From the NCBI GenBank assembly GCA_041662545.1, contig JBAZSH010000005.1:1-53869 (forward strand): a DNA stretch of 53,869 nucleotides. Reading direction: 5' to 3'. Positions 26,538 to 35,710 of this stretch are shown one piece after another. The DNA is from Minisyncoccota bacterium. Its GTDB lineage: Bacteria; Patescibacteriota; Minisyncoccia; Phycocordibacterales; DSPV01. The first letter of the stretch is position 1, and every line of letters begins with the position of its first letter. The position numbers and the translations under genes are program-made. The notes under the pieces are model-generated. The model was given only the letters and a program-made list of their open reading frames with translations, ran no database searches and was not told the origin of the DNA.

Positions 26538-28661
26538 CTAATTTCTAACAGTTACCGTTCGGGTGAATGAAGCACTTGTAACCCCATCATTTACTGTGTA
26601 AGTAATGATGTAATTGCGGGTGGCTTGGAAAGTGATTAGGTTGGCATTAGTTGGATCAACGATAAAATCCAACAAGGGGTCAATTGTGAATGACACGCTA
26701 GAGTTTGGAAGCGCGCTATTATCGGCGCACTTTGTGGCCGTATCTCCCCCAAGGACATCAAAGTCCTCATTGACTTTCGGATTTGCCCCAGACCAGTTGA
26801 TAATGGGATTTACATAGCGGTTGAGGGTAAGTTCTGACACATAAAGGTCATAACTTGGTTGTTCAATTCTTATTTTCTGTATACTAGTTGGAGGAATTAG
26901 GTTAATAACAAAATTAGCGGTATTTGAAGTTGGGGATTTAGTTAAAGTTATTTGGGATGTCTCGGTTGCATAAAGTTTTACAATACTAGGTATAATAGTG
27001 GTGCTCTTATGGATGTAAGGAGCATAAAGAGGGAAAGAAGAATCGTAAGTTTGAATTTGTATAGAAGATAGTGTCTCTGGTTTATTAAGAATGAATTCGA
27101 GTGATCCACCATTTACTCTCGCGTATGTTTCAGTGGTATTGTCAATGGCGTAATTTGCCCCGCCGCCCCCACCGGCCCGGTCAATGTCAAAAGAGGAAGC
27201 CCACCAAGATTTGTAGTCAGTGGAATATAGTCTTGATTGTTGCGAACATTGGTTGCTTGACGCTGTAACAATACTATCTTCAAGATTATCAATTGTCGCT
27301 TGAGCGGCTTGCCACGAAGGGTTTTGAGCGCAGTAATTGGCGGCTTGTTGGTAATCAGCGACTGTCGCTAGGTTTGGATTTGCCACAAAAGGATCAGTTC
27401 CGTTTGTGATATCAACCCACGCGGGTGGAGTTCTAGTTTTGTCAAAGAACATTACTGCCGTATCATTAGCGGAAAGCGTATAGTTTTGGATGTAATGTGG
27501 GTCACTTGGAGTATTACAATTTACACCCGTACTGATTGGTGAATTTTCAGCAAAAACACCAGTAGTTGGTTTTGCGTATGCATTGAAGGTTCCGCTGGCA
27601 ACTTGTTGTCTGAACTGGTTTTGATAATAGTTAGGATTACTTCTTCCGCCACTGAAAAGACCGGTGGCTTTGAAAGCGCTGCCAATCAATTGATTCATCA
27701 AGGCGCCGAAAATAGCGTCAAGGTCTTCGGCAGCAACATATTCATCCACTTCCGCGCCGAGGGATTTGGATAAACCTTCCTGAATAGTTTTGCCCGGTGT
27801 AACAATTTCATATCTTATACAAGGATCCACCCCCATATCTAAGTCTGCCTCAAGCGCATCACCAGTATCTTCTTCTACACATCTTTTTGTTGATAAAAAT
27901 CCGGCACCCCAGTCGGCTTCTGTTTTTGCCACAAGTTGTTGGTTGGCAATGCGCATATTAATTTCATCTTGGGCAATAAGAAACGCGCCGTAAGGATTAT
28001 TTTGCGGAATAGTAGTCAAGTTTATCCAGTTTTGCCAACCCTCACCACTTCCGTTTGGATCCCACTGGCCGCCCATAAAGGCATTTTGAACATTTTGTTG
28101 AATATCCGAAAGAGTGCAGCCGATTCTCTCACGGAAACCACCCCCGCCTCCCCAATAACTTAAGCCGAGTGATAACCGGATATTTGCTTGAAACGGACTA
28201 CATAAGAAGTTTAGATCAGTGCCCATAACCACTTGTCCAATGGCTCGGTCGGCAATGTCGGCAAAGAAACTAGCTGGGTCGGAAACAAACCGTGGTCCAG
28301 AACCGTCAAAGCCGTCATTTATCCAATCCACAATACTGGTTAGAAAACTATGAATAAGCTGTTTTACCAAGTTTTTAACCAACGGCTTGATGATACAGTC
28401 AGAAACAAAACTTCCACCAGTGTAACCGCTAGTTTTTTGGGTATTGCCTCTGGTAGCAGAATCTTTTGTGGGGACTTCTCCTCCGCCCATGCCTCCCAGC
28501 ATTCCACCCAAACTACCGAAAAGGTTGGAAATAATTCCGGCAATACAACTACTTTGCGCTTCGGTTTTTTTGGGCCAAAGCAAAATTGCTGATGGTAACA
28601 CGACGGTCGCAAGAAACGCCATCAGAACAAAACCCAGAGTTACTTGGCGGAGTTTATTCAT
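26538..28661 (-). CDS. Large secreted or anchored hypothetical protein (707 aa)
   Basis: N-terminal TM/signal, Gly-rich stretches, possible discoidin-like and Ig-like C-terminal modules. No family recognised. Confidence 0.6.
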   Translation of the reverse strand: MNKLRQVTLGFVLMAFLATVVLPSAILLWPKKTEAQSSCIAGIISNLFGSLGGMLGGMGGGEVPTKDSATRGNTQKTSGYTGGSFVSDCIIKPLVKNLVKQLIHSFLTSIVDWINDGFDGSGPRFVSDPASFFADIADRAIGQVVMGTDLNFLCSPFQANIRLSLGLSYWGGGGGFRERIGCTLSDIQQNVQNAFMGGQWDPNGSGEGWQNWINLTTIPQNNPYGAFLIAQDEINMRIANQQLVAKTEADWGAGFLSTKRCVEEDTGDALEADLDMGVDPCIRYEIVTPGKTIQEGLSKSLGAEVDEYVAAEDLDAIFGALMNQLIGSAFKATGLFSGGRSNPNYYQNQFRQQVASGTFNAYAKPTTGVFAENSPISTGVNCNTPSDPHYIQNYTLSANDTAVMFFDKTRTPPAWVDITNGTDPFVANPNLATVADYQQAANYCAQNPSWQAAQATIDNLEDSIVTASSNQCSQQSRLYSTDYKSWWASSFDIDRAGGGGGANYAIDNTTETYARVNGGSLEFILNKPETLSSIQIQTYDSSFPLYAPYIHKSTTIIPSIVKLYATETSQITLTKSPTSNTANFVINLIPPTSIQKIRIEQPSYDLYVSELTLNRYVNPIINWSGANPKVNEDFDVLGGDTATKCADNSALPNSSVSFTIDPLLDFIVDPTNANLITFQATRNYIITYTVNDGVTSASFTRTVTVRN

Positions 28662-28665
28662 AGTT

Positions 28666-29646
28666 CTATTCTATAATATTTATAAATTGAAAGCCCGACT
28701 CTGCCTGTGTAAAACTAACACCGCTTTCCATCAACCCATCTTTGATACTTTTTAAGAGTGGGTAGAAGTTGTCGGTAGCATCGGGATAATTTTGTAGGCC
28801 GGCGGCGGCTTTGATTGGATTAGAAAAAGTTAATTTCATTGATTCAATGCCAAGAGTAATAGTTGATATGGTGTTGGTTAAAGCAATGTGGTCGGGCAAA
28901 AAGATACTGGGCACGGCCATTTTCAATAAAGCGGCGCGACCTTTTTGGTAAGCGAGAATGTTGGCATTTAATTTATCCAGTTCCAATGGGTTGTTGTTGT
29001 CTACCGCCCTCTGAAGCACGATTAGTTCGTTTTCAAATTTTGGCGCGCTGTAATCAACAAAAAGCGCGCCTAATTCATTACCATAAAGGTGAACATCGGC
29101 GGGTGTTTCGTTGGTAATGACTTTAAAATCACTAGCGCTGTAAATTTTTGCCGACATTGTTGACGCCTCTTGGTCAATATAGGATTGAACCAAATCGGCA
29201 TAATTATCATAGTTAGCTGGATCGCCACTGCCGGTTTGTTTAATGGTCACATAACGAGTAAATAAATCACGGGAAAATTGATCGGAAGCCGTGAGTTTTC
29301 TTGTTGTGCTTGGTGTGGTGGAGGCAGTAGTAATTTGGTCGTTGGGACCTTTTATTAAAGGACTACGGCCGGCGGCAATTTCTGCGCCGTCCGGTGTGCC
29401 GTCACCATCGGTGTCGGGATTGTCCGGGGCGGTTTTCCAGAGCGCCTCTTCCCAATCTTTTAAACCATCATTATCGGTGTCTTTGTTGGCAATGGAATCA
29501 ATAAGTTTTTGGTCGGTTACTGAAATTACGCCATCGTTGTTGATTGTTTTGGTGTGGTTTTTATATTCAAGCAAAGCGAAAATACCGCCGATAACAATTA
29601 AGCAGATAACAACAACCGGAACTATTTTTCTGGTTGGGAAAACCAC
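28666..29646 (-). CDS. Membrane-anchored protein with thrombospondin type 3-like Ca-binding repeats
   Basis: N-terminal TM, DTDNDGLKDWEE and DTDGDGTPDGAE motifs. GTG start. First gene of the operon. Confidence 0.6.
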   Translation of the reverse strand: MVFPTRKIVPVVVICLIVIGGIFALLEYKNHTKTINNDGVISVTDQKLIDSIANKDTDNDGLKDWEEALWKTAPDNPDTDGDGTPDGAEIAAGRSPLIKGPNDQITTASTTPSTTRKLTASDQFSRDLFTRYVTIKQTGSGDPANYDNYADLVQSYIDQEASTMSAKIYSASDFKVITNETPADVHLYGNELGALFVDYSAPKFENELIVLQRAVDNNNPLELDKLNANILAYQKGRAALLKMAVPSIFLPDHIALTNTISTITLGIESMKLTFSNPIKAAAGLQNYPDATDNFYPLLKSIKDGLMESGVSFTQAESGFQFINIIE

Positions 29647-29653
29647 TGGCTAT

Positions 29654-29662
29654 ATTGTATCA
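29654..29662 (-). promoter_or_regulatory. Extended -10 (TGATACAAT) for the T4SS-like operon
   Basis: TGATACAAT-N7-GTG start at 29644-29646. No Shine-Dalgarno. Confidence 0.45.
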
Positions 29663-29730
29663 AATTTTCCCGCAACTGTTAGATGAAATGTGGATAGTGA
29701 AGAAAGGCGAATTTGTCTTTTCTTAAACTA

Positions 29731-29739
29731 TGATAAAAT
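29731..29739 (+). promoter_or_regulatory. Extended -10 (TGATAAAAT) for the divergent 389-aa gene
   Basis: Same 12-mer CTATGATAAAAT as at tsaE/pilB. N6 to the GTG at 29746, N9 to the ATG at 29749. Confidence 0.45.
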
Positions 29740-29745
29740 ATATTA

Positions 29746-30915
29746 GTGATGAGAAAAAATTTACTACTTACCTTTTTGGCGATATTGGTATTAGCAATTG
29801 TCATGGTGGCAGTATTTTTGATAATTCCGCGTGGGGATGAAATTCCGATGGTGAAGTCAGAGCCAATACCACAGCTACCAGTAGATAATACCCAGACGCC
29901 AATTATTATCGGAAGTGGAAACTATTTGGAAAGAATTGGTACGGGCGATAATTCTGATGTTACTTCCCTTCTCGAGCGCACAAATCCACTTGATGTTTTT
30001 GAGTCCCTTTGGCAACAAACAACACAATCTAGGACAGACACAGATTCAAAACCAGGAAATCCAATATTTCAAAATCTCAAGCAACCGGTAGTACTGTCGG
30101 TTTTGCCCGATTATGTTCGGAGGGGAGATTCAGTTACTATCACCGGCGAAAACTTTACGCCGACGAATAATACCGTTACCCTTGGGGACGGTCCAATTAG
30201 CGCCACATTTACAAATCTTATTTCTACCGATGGAAAGACGATAACTTTTGTATATCAACCTCCAGTTGTTAAAACTATGACTGAAGAGGAAATCAGGGCT
30301 TTACCGGTAGATATTATCAGCCAAATTGTAACACCCATAAAAGCTGCCGGTGCAAATCTAAAAGACGCTTTGATTGCCAATAATACAACACGCGACGAAA
30401 CGCAGGTGCGTAATATTTTACAAAACAATGGTTACTCGTCTGATGCGATGTATCATTACTTTCATGTAACCGTGGAAAATTCACAAGGCAGTGGAGTCTC
30501 TGACACCGCCTTGCTGTATGGATTACGAAACACAATTCGGACTGATGTGGCGAACAATAAGTTACCTTCTCTATTAGAGAGGTTTGCCAAATATTTAAAC
30601 GATTTTACTGGTGGTTTAATTCCCGTAGCTTATGCACAGATGAATCAAAGTGGCGGTGGGTTTACCACTGGTATAGTTATGATTTGTACTTGTGATGCCA
30701 ATGTTCTGACCTTTCAAACAAGTTACACTGGTGGAGGTAGTGGTCTTTATGTCTTTTCTCCTGGTTTTAAACCATCAGCTGGTTCCGGACGGATCGCTGG
30801 TTTTTGGCTTGGTGGTTATCAAATAATGGGTGGCACATGTAAGATGTATGCTGGCATAACTTGCATTACCATTATGGGAAATACCCCAGTAAATCCTGTT
30901 GGTTATTCTATGTGA
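29746..30915 (+). CDS. Membrane-anchored hypothetical protein with an IPT/TIG-like module
   Basis: N-terminal TM. RGDSVTITGENFTPTNNTVTLGDGPISATF resembles an IPT/TIG fold. Cys/Gly-rich C-terminus. 389 aa. Confidence 0.6.
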   Translation: MMRKNLLLTFLAILVLAIVMVAVFLIIPRGDEIPMVKSEPIPQLPVDNTQTPIIIGSGNYLERIGTGDNSDVTSLLERTNPLDVFESLWQQTTQSRTDTDSKPGNPIFQNLKQPVVLSVLPDYVRRGDSVTITGENFTPTNNTVTLGDGPISATFTNLISTDGKTITFVYQPPVVKTMTEEEIRALPVDIISQIVTPIKAAGANLKDALIANNTTRDETQVRNILQNNGYSSDAMYHYFHVTVENSQGSGVSDTALLYGLRNTIRTDVANNKLPSLLERFAKYLNDFTGGLIPVAYAQMNQSGGGFTTGIVMICTCDANVLTFQTSYTGGGSGLYVFSPGFKPSAGSGRIAGFWLGGYQIMGGTCKMYAGITCITIMGNTPVNPVGYSM

Positions 30916-30923
30916 TTTGGTGT

Positions 30924-31700
30924 TTACAAATCCTTCGCCAAACATTTCCACTGGCGCGGGGTGAGGTTTTCGGCGCGGGCACTGGGAGCAATGTCGCAAT
31001 CGGTGAAAACCTTTTTGCCGGCGGCGGTGATAATTTCTAAATTGTTAATGAGCAATTTTCTTTTGTGGGCGAAACCGCGCTTGACGACGCTGAAAAATCT
31101 CGCCTCGCTAACATTACTGAAAAAATCTTTAGAAATTTTATTAATCATTAACACCGCTGAATTAACTTTCGGTTTAGGTGTGAAAAGTTCGGCGTCTACT
31201 GTTTCCAGATATTTTGGTTCGCCGTAGGCTTTTACGGAAATTGATAAAATACTTTCTTTGCCGTCGCGTACTAAAATTCTTTCCGCGACTTCTTTTTGAA
31301 CCATTAAAACCATTTTGCTTGGTTGAACAACTTCGCTTAAAAAATGGCGCAAAAATTCGCCGGTGATGTAATAAGGAATGTTGGCGACGATTTTATAGCC
31401 ACCGGCTTGTAGGCCAACAGTGGCTGGGTCAAATTTCAAAATATCGGCACCGACAATTACCAATTTATTTTGCTTGAACTCATCTTTGAATTTTAGGGTA
31501 AGGTAAAAAACCAATCGTTCGTCTTTTTCCACGGCAAAAACTTGTCTGGCAAGCGGCAAAATTTTTTCTGTTAGGGCGCCCTTGCCAGGTCCGACTTCTA
31601 AGACCAAATCAGCCGAAGAAATTTCGGCCACATCAACCATTCGCTCGGCTACGGCCGGCGATCTCAAAAAATTTTGCCCAAAAGTTTTGTTTGGTTTCAT
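30924..31700 (-). CDS. rsmA: 16S rRNA (adenine1518/1519-N6)-dimethyltransferase
   Basis: FGQNFL motif and SAM-binding VLEVGPGKGALT. 258 aa. Confidence 0.93.
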   Translation of the reverse strand: MKPNKTFGQNFLRSPAVAERMVDVAEISSADLVLEVGPGKGALTEKILPLARQVFAVEKDERLVFYLTLKFKDEFKQNKLVIVGADILKFDPATVGLQAGGYKIVANIPYYITGEFLRHFLSEVVQPSKMVLMVQKEVAERILVRDGKESILSISVKAYGEPKYLETVDAELFTPKPKVNSAVLMINKISKDFFSNVSEARFFSVVKRGFAHKRKLLINNLEIITAAGKKVFTDCDIAPSARAENLTPRQWKCLAKDL

Positions 31701-31748
31701 AATTTAATTAAAAGGCTCCAAGAACTAAATTTTAAAAATTCCTTAACC

Positions 31749-31929
31749 CCAAATTGCTTCGCCAAGCTCGCAATTTGGCACGCCCCCACCTAGAATTTTT
31801 AAAATTTGTTCTTTTCGCCTTGCCAAATTCGTTGAAGGCGCAGGTTTGGCGGGGGCTTGCGAGCGCGACTGGCGCGAACACGAGGAAAATTTTAGTAGAA
31901 ATTTATCCGTGCCCCGACAAACCTGTGCC
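31749..31929. ncRNA. Candidate structured RNA or cis-regulatory leader (G+C-rich intergenic)
   Basis: 12+5 bp stem 31837-31854 / 31912-31929. Mutually exclusive stems 31749-31757 / 31770-31778 and 31772-31780 / 31821-31829. Confidence 0.35.
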
Positions 31930-31948
31930 GAGAAAGAATTTGCCATTA

Positions 31949-33886
31949 TTACAAATAAATTATTTTCCCCGTGCCCTTGAGATTATATTCCTCTTCTAAA
32001 TGCTCCCTGTCAATGTCGGCGAAAAATTCGGAAGGTAAATTGACTTGTCGCGAGCCGAAAATTGTTCGAATGGAAGCGTGAGAAAGAAAAATCTTTTTGC
32101 GAGCGCGAGTTAGGGCAACATAAAATAATCGTCGTTCTTCCTCGCTTTCTTCTTCGCTAATTTCTTTTTCGCCTAATTTTTCATGGGGAAACAAACCGTC
32201 TTCTAAACCGGTAATGAAAACATAATCAAACTCCAGACCCTTGGCGGCGTGGACGGTCATTAATTTTACCGCTGGCTTGTGTTCTTGAAGCTCGTCTTGG
32301 TCGGAAGCTAAAGCGGCGTCGGTTAAAAGTTTTTCCATTCCCTCTTCTGGTGGTAGACCATCATATTTTACCGCCAAGCTTGCTAACTCGCGGATGTTTT
32401 CTAATCTTTCTTTTTCGTCTTCCCCACCCGCCTTCAATTGTGTTTCAATACCGCTTATTCGCAAAACAAATTTGATGGTTTCCGATGGTTTGCCGCCCAA
32501 CGCCTGTTTTTTTATTTCCCCCAATAAATTTCTGAACTCGCCGATTTTTTGTCGCGCCGCGGCGGGCAATTTTTCCTCCATACCGGAAAGCGCTTTGACC
32601 AGCGTAACTTTACCGACGCCGCGGCGCGGACTTTCAATGGCTCGTTTGAAATCAGTGAGGTTGTCCGGACTTAATGATGCTTTGATATAGGCGAGAATAT
32701 CTTTGATTTCTTTTCTTTCAAAAAACCGCGTGCCCAGCACTTGATAAGGAATTTTTTCATTAAGAAACGCTTCTTCAATGGCTCGCGATTGAAAATTAGC
32801 GCGGTAAAGCACGGCGATTTCTTCTGGTCTATTTCCGGCGCCGATGAGCGATTGGGCTTTACCAGCGAGGTAATTGGCCTCGTCGGTTTCATCATAGGCC
32901 GGATAAATACCCATTTTTTCGCCTAGAGGTTTTTGAGTAAATAATTTTTTTTCATGGCGGAAACGATTTTTTTCAATTACCCGATTTGCCACTTCCAAAA
33001 TTCTTTTGCTGGAACGATAATTTTCTTCCAGCAAAACTACAGTAGTGTTAGGATAATCATTTTCAAATTCCATCAGATTACGAATACTTGCTCCGCGCCA
33101 GCCGTAAATCAATTGGTCCGTGTCCCCCACCGCGCAAATGTTTTTGCTTTTCGCCGCCAAAAATTTTGCTAATTCATATTGAATTTTGTTGGTGTCTTGA
33201 TACTCGTCAATCAAAAGATAGTGCCAAGCGTTTTGATATTTTTCCAAAATTTCCGGTTGGTCTTTGAGTAGACGAACAGTGCGTAATAAAAGGTCGTCAA
33301 AATCCAAGGCCTTTTCTTCGGCCAGAATTTTATCGTATTGCCGCCAAACTTTAGCGATGATGGCGGGCAAATATTCATTGCCGATCTCCGCTTCGTATTC
33401 ATCGGCTAACAAATTATTACCTTTTTCGCGAGAGATGATTTCCAAAATCCTGCCCGGCTCAAATTGTTTGGGATTAATGCCGACGACTTCCATCGCTTGG
33501 CGAATGCTTTTTTTGGAATCGCTTCGGTCAAAGATGCCGAAGTGACGATTCAAACCAATGGTTCGGGCATTTTCCCGCAAAATGTGAACGCCCAAAGAAT
33601 GAAAGGTGGAAACGAATGGCCAGCTAGCCAACGAGATCGGTCGATTTAAACTTTTTTCACTACGCAACGCTTTTTCTATGCGGTCGCGCATTTCTTTGGC
33701 AGCTTTGTTGGTGAAAGTAATCGCCAAAATTTTTTCTGGTGCAACGCCTTTTTGAACTAGTCGAACAATTCTGGCGGCAATGGTTTTGGTTTTGCCAGCG
33801 CCAGCGCCGGCAACAATCAACAGCGGTCCACTTTGGTGCTCCACTGCTTTTCTTTGCCGCTCGTTTAAATCAATAAGATAAGACAT
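31949..33886 (-). CDS. pcrA: UvrD/PcrA-family ATP-dependent DNA helicase
   Basis: Walker A AGAGAGKTKT and UvrD helicase motifs throughout. I prefer the ATG at 33886 (MSYLIDLNE...) over the TTG at 33904. Confidence 0.9.
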   Translation of the reverse strand: MSYLIDLNERQRKAVEHQSGPLLIVAGAGAGKTKTIAARIVRLVQKGVAPEKILAITFTNKAAKEMRDRIEKALRSEKSLNRPISLASWPFVSTFHSLGVHILRENARTIGLNRHFGIFDRSDSKKSIRQAMEVVGINPKQFEPGRILEIISREKGNNLLADEYEAEIGNEYLPAIIAKVWRQYDKILAEEKALDFDDLLLRTVRLLKDQPEILEKYQNAWHYLLIDEYQDTNKIQYELAKFLAAKSKNICAVGDTDQLIYGWRGASIRNLMEFENDYPNTTVVLLEENYRSSKRILEVANRVIEKNRFRHEKKLFTQKPLGEKMGIYPAYDETDEANYLAGKAQSLIGAGNRPEEIAVLYRANFQSRAIEEAFLNEKIPYQVLGTRFFERKEIKDILAYIKASLSPDNLTDFKRAIESPRRGVGKVTLVKALSGMEEKLPAAARQKIGEFRNLLGEIKKQALGGKPSETIKFVLRISGIETQLKAGGEDEKERLENIRELASLAVKYDGLPPEEGMEKLLTDAALASDQDELQEHKPAVKLMTVHAAKGLEFDYVFITGLEDGLFPHEKLGEKEISEEESEEERRLFYVALTRARKKIFLSHASIRTIFGSRQVNLPSEFFADIDREHLEEEYNLKGTGKIIYL

Positions 33887-33892
33887 TGGTGA

Positions 33893-33901
33893 AATATACC
33901 A
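33893..33901 (-). promoter_or_regulatory. Extended -10 (TGGTATATT) for pcrA
   Basis: TGGTATATT-N6-ATG (33886). Confidence 0.45.
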
Positions 33902-33925
33902 CAATTTCTCTTATCAACAGGTCAA

Positions 33926-33953
33926 TTGACTTTGAATGAGCGGGCGCTATAGT
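33926..33953 (+). promoter_or_regulatory. Sigma70-like promoter for the LysM/M23 gene
   Basis: TTGACT (33926-33931)-N16-TATAGT (33948-33953), with a roughly 60-nt leader. Confidence 0.4.
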
Positions 33954-34016
33954 GGAGGAGTTGGTTTTTTCAGTAAAACAGCAAGTAGAACACGAAAGTG
34001 AGCAGAACGACCATTA

Positions 34017-35069
34017 ATGGCTAAGAATAAGCGTATTTTACTTACCCCACATACTCCAGTCCTACGGTTGTTTAAGCTTGTTGGCAAGCTAGTTTTCTTT
34101 TTGGGTCTAATTTCTCTACCTATGGCGGCTAGTGCCGGTATTTTTTCAGCGCTGATTGGTATCTTTAATAATGATGCTCAATTAGCAACTGTACCAATGG
34201 CCAATGTTCGCAACATGGCTTTACTTCAAGCAGCTTTGAATCCCGATCCAAATCCATCTAAGGGTGGTGGTGATATTACCGTAGTTGGCGGTTCAGCTTT
34301 ATTGCCCGAGATCGGTCCGACCGGCACTATTGCCGATGTGGAAGTTGAGCCCCGTGGTAGCGCTATCAGTATTTATGTTGTCCGCCAAGGTGATACCCTT
34401 TCGCAAATTGCTCAAATGTTTGGTGTTTCAGCTAACACTATTGCTTGGGGTAATGATATTTCCGGCGGTTTGATTCACGAAGGACAAAAACTTATTATTT
34501 TGCCGATTTCAGGTATTCGCCATGTTGTTAAAGCTGGCGACACTATTCAAACCATTGCCAAATTTTATAAAGGTGATGTGACAGAAATTTCTCGCTATAA
34601 CGACTTGGTTGCCAATTCCATATTAACGCCGGGTCAGATAGTTATTGTGCCCGATGGCGAAATTGCAACACCAAAGTATGTCGCTGCCAGCAGTTCGGTG
34701 CGTGGTGGTGGCGGCCCAGATTACAGTGGATATTATATGCGACCGATTATCGGTGGCGTTAAGACCCAAGGTTTGCATGGTTACAATGCCGTTGATTTAG
34801 CCGATGCTTACGGCACGCCAATTTACGCGGCTGCCGCAGGTACAGTAATAATTGCTAAGGATTCGGGTTGGAATGGCGGCTACGGTACTTATGTTGTTAT
34901 TCAACATAACAACAACACTCAGACTCTTTACTCTCACAATACGAAAAATTTGGTGGTGGAAGGCCAATGGGTTGGGCGTGGCCAAGCCATTGCTCTGATG
35001 GGTTCTACCGGTAAAGCCACTGGGTCTCATGTTCACTATGAAATCCGCGGCGCCAAGAATCCGTTTTAA
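34017..35069 (+). CDS. LysM-domain M23-family peptidoglycan metalloendopeptidase
   Basis: Two LysM repeats (YVVRQGDTLSQIA..., HVVKAGDTIQTIA...). M23 motifs HGYNAVD and GSHVHYEIR. N-terminal TM. Confidence 0.9.
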   Translation: MAKNKRILLTPHTPVLRLFKLVGKLVFFLGLISLPMAASAGIFSALIGIFNNDAQLATVPMANVRNMALLQAALNPDPNPSKGGGDITVVGGSALLPEIGPTGTIADVEVEPRGSAISIYVVRQGDTLSQIAQMFGVSANTIAWGNDISGGLIHEGQKLIILPISGIRHVVKAGDTIQTIAKFYKGDVTEISRYNDLVANSILTPGQIVIVPDGEIATPKYVAASSSVRGGGGPDYSGYYMRPIIGGVKTQGLHGYNAVDLADAYGTPIYAAAAGTVIIAKDSGWNGGYGTYVVIQHNNNTQTLYSHNTKNLVVEGQWVGRGQAIALMGSTGKATGSHVHYEIRGAKNPF

Positions 35070-35158
35070 TATTAGTACAAAGAGTTGCAAATATTTGGCA
35101 AAAGAATTAGGATTGCAGAGGAAGTATGAACATCGGATAACATAGAAATGGAGGAAAT

Positions 35159-35395
35159 ATGGTCTTTTTACTCAGGATAAACATTAATAACTGCTCGTAT
35201 GATGTTGGTGTTATTGTTGCCGACGGTCCGGAAGCGGCGGCCAGAACGATTGGCAGAAAGATTCAAAGTAGAGGTGCCGGTCCGAAAGGACAGAGTTATT
35301 TCGATCTTACCTGTGGGACTGGTGTATTACCGTACTTCACAATGAATAGTATGCCAGAAATCAGTTCGGTGGAGCAGTTGAAGTCCTTTTGCTAG
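35159..35395 (+). CDS. Small hypothetical protein (78 aa)
   Basis: GGAGGAAAT-ATG Shine-Dalgarno, followed by a terminator. No family recognised. Confidence 0.45.
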   Translation: MVFLLRININNCSYDVGVIVADGPEAAARTIGRKIQSRGAGPKGQSYFDLTCGTGVLPYFTMNSMPEISSVEQLKSFC

Positions 35396-35435
35396 TTGGG
35401 CAAAATCAATCGTTCGAAATCGTTTTCTCCAGACT

Positions 35436-35471
35436 AAAAAACCGCTCTGCGTTAGGCAGACTGGTTTTTTT
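35436..35471. terminator. Bidirectional terminator (78-aa ORF / hicA)
   Basis: A-run, imperfect stem 35442-35450 / 35456-35464 with loop GTTAG, then T7. Confidence 0.65.
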
Positions 35472-35488
35472 ATTTAATTATTACAACG

Positions 35489-35710
35489 CTATTTTCCCTT
35501 CAACCAATCAGTTCTAGAAATACCGGCTTGTCGCAAAATTCTACTCAAGAGGTCAGGGCTAAAATCTTCGCCGTGCGGATTGGGAATCGTAATGGATAAA
35601 TCACCCTTAACCATATAAGGATGCCGACCTTCTTGATGAGGCCCATCAAAACCAAAACTTTTCATTTTTTTTACAAACTTAGCCCAAGAAATTGGGGCAA
35701 GTTTAGGCAT
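35489..35710 (-). CDS. hicA: HicA-family mRNA interferase toxin
   Basis: 73 aa. KFVKKMKSFGFDGPHQEGRHPYMVKGDLSITIPNPHGEDF pattern typical of HicA. Confidence 0.8.
   Translation of the reverse strand: MPKLAPISWAKFVKKMKSFGFDGPHQEGRHPYMVKGDLSITIPNPHGEDFSPDLLSRILRQAGISRTDWLKGK

Noticed and set aside
16073-30915. Integrative conjugative element or plasmid-derived conjugation module
   Set aside because: No relaxase, coupling protein, integrase or recombinase, oriT-like repeat, flanking tRNA or direct repeats are visible. By eye the composition matches the surrounding core genes. The locus is fused transcriptionally to yidC-jag.
31743-31999. Track ORFs 31743-31946 (minus strand, 67 aa) and 31754-31999 (plus strand, 81 aa) as small protein genes
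   Set aside because: They have Arg/Ser/Ala/Pro-rich, low-complexity translations and mutually overlap on opposite strands. Neither has a start context. The region is dominated by long complementary segments, so RNA structure is the better explanation.
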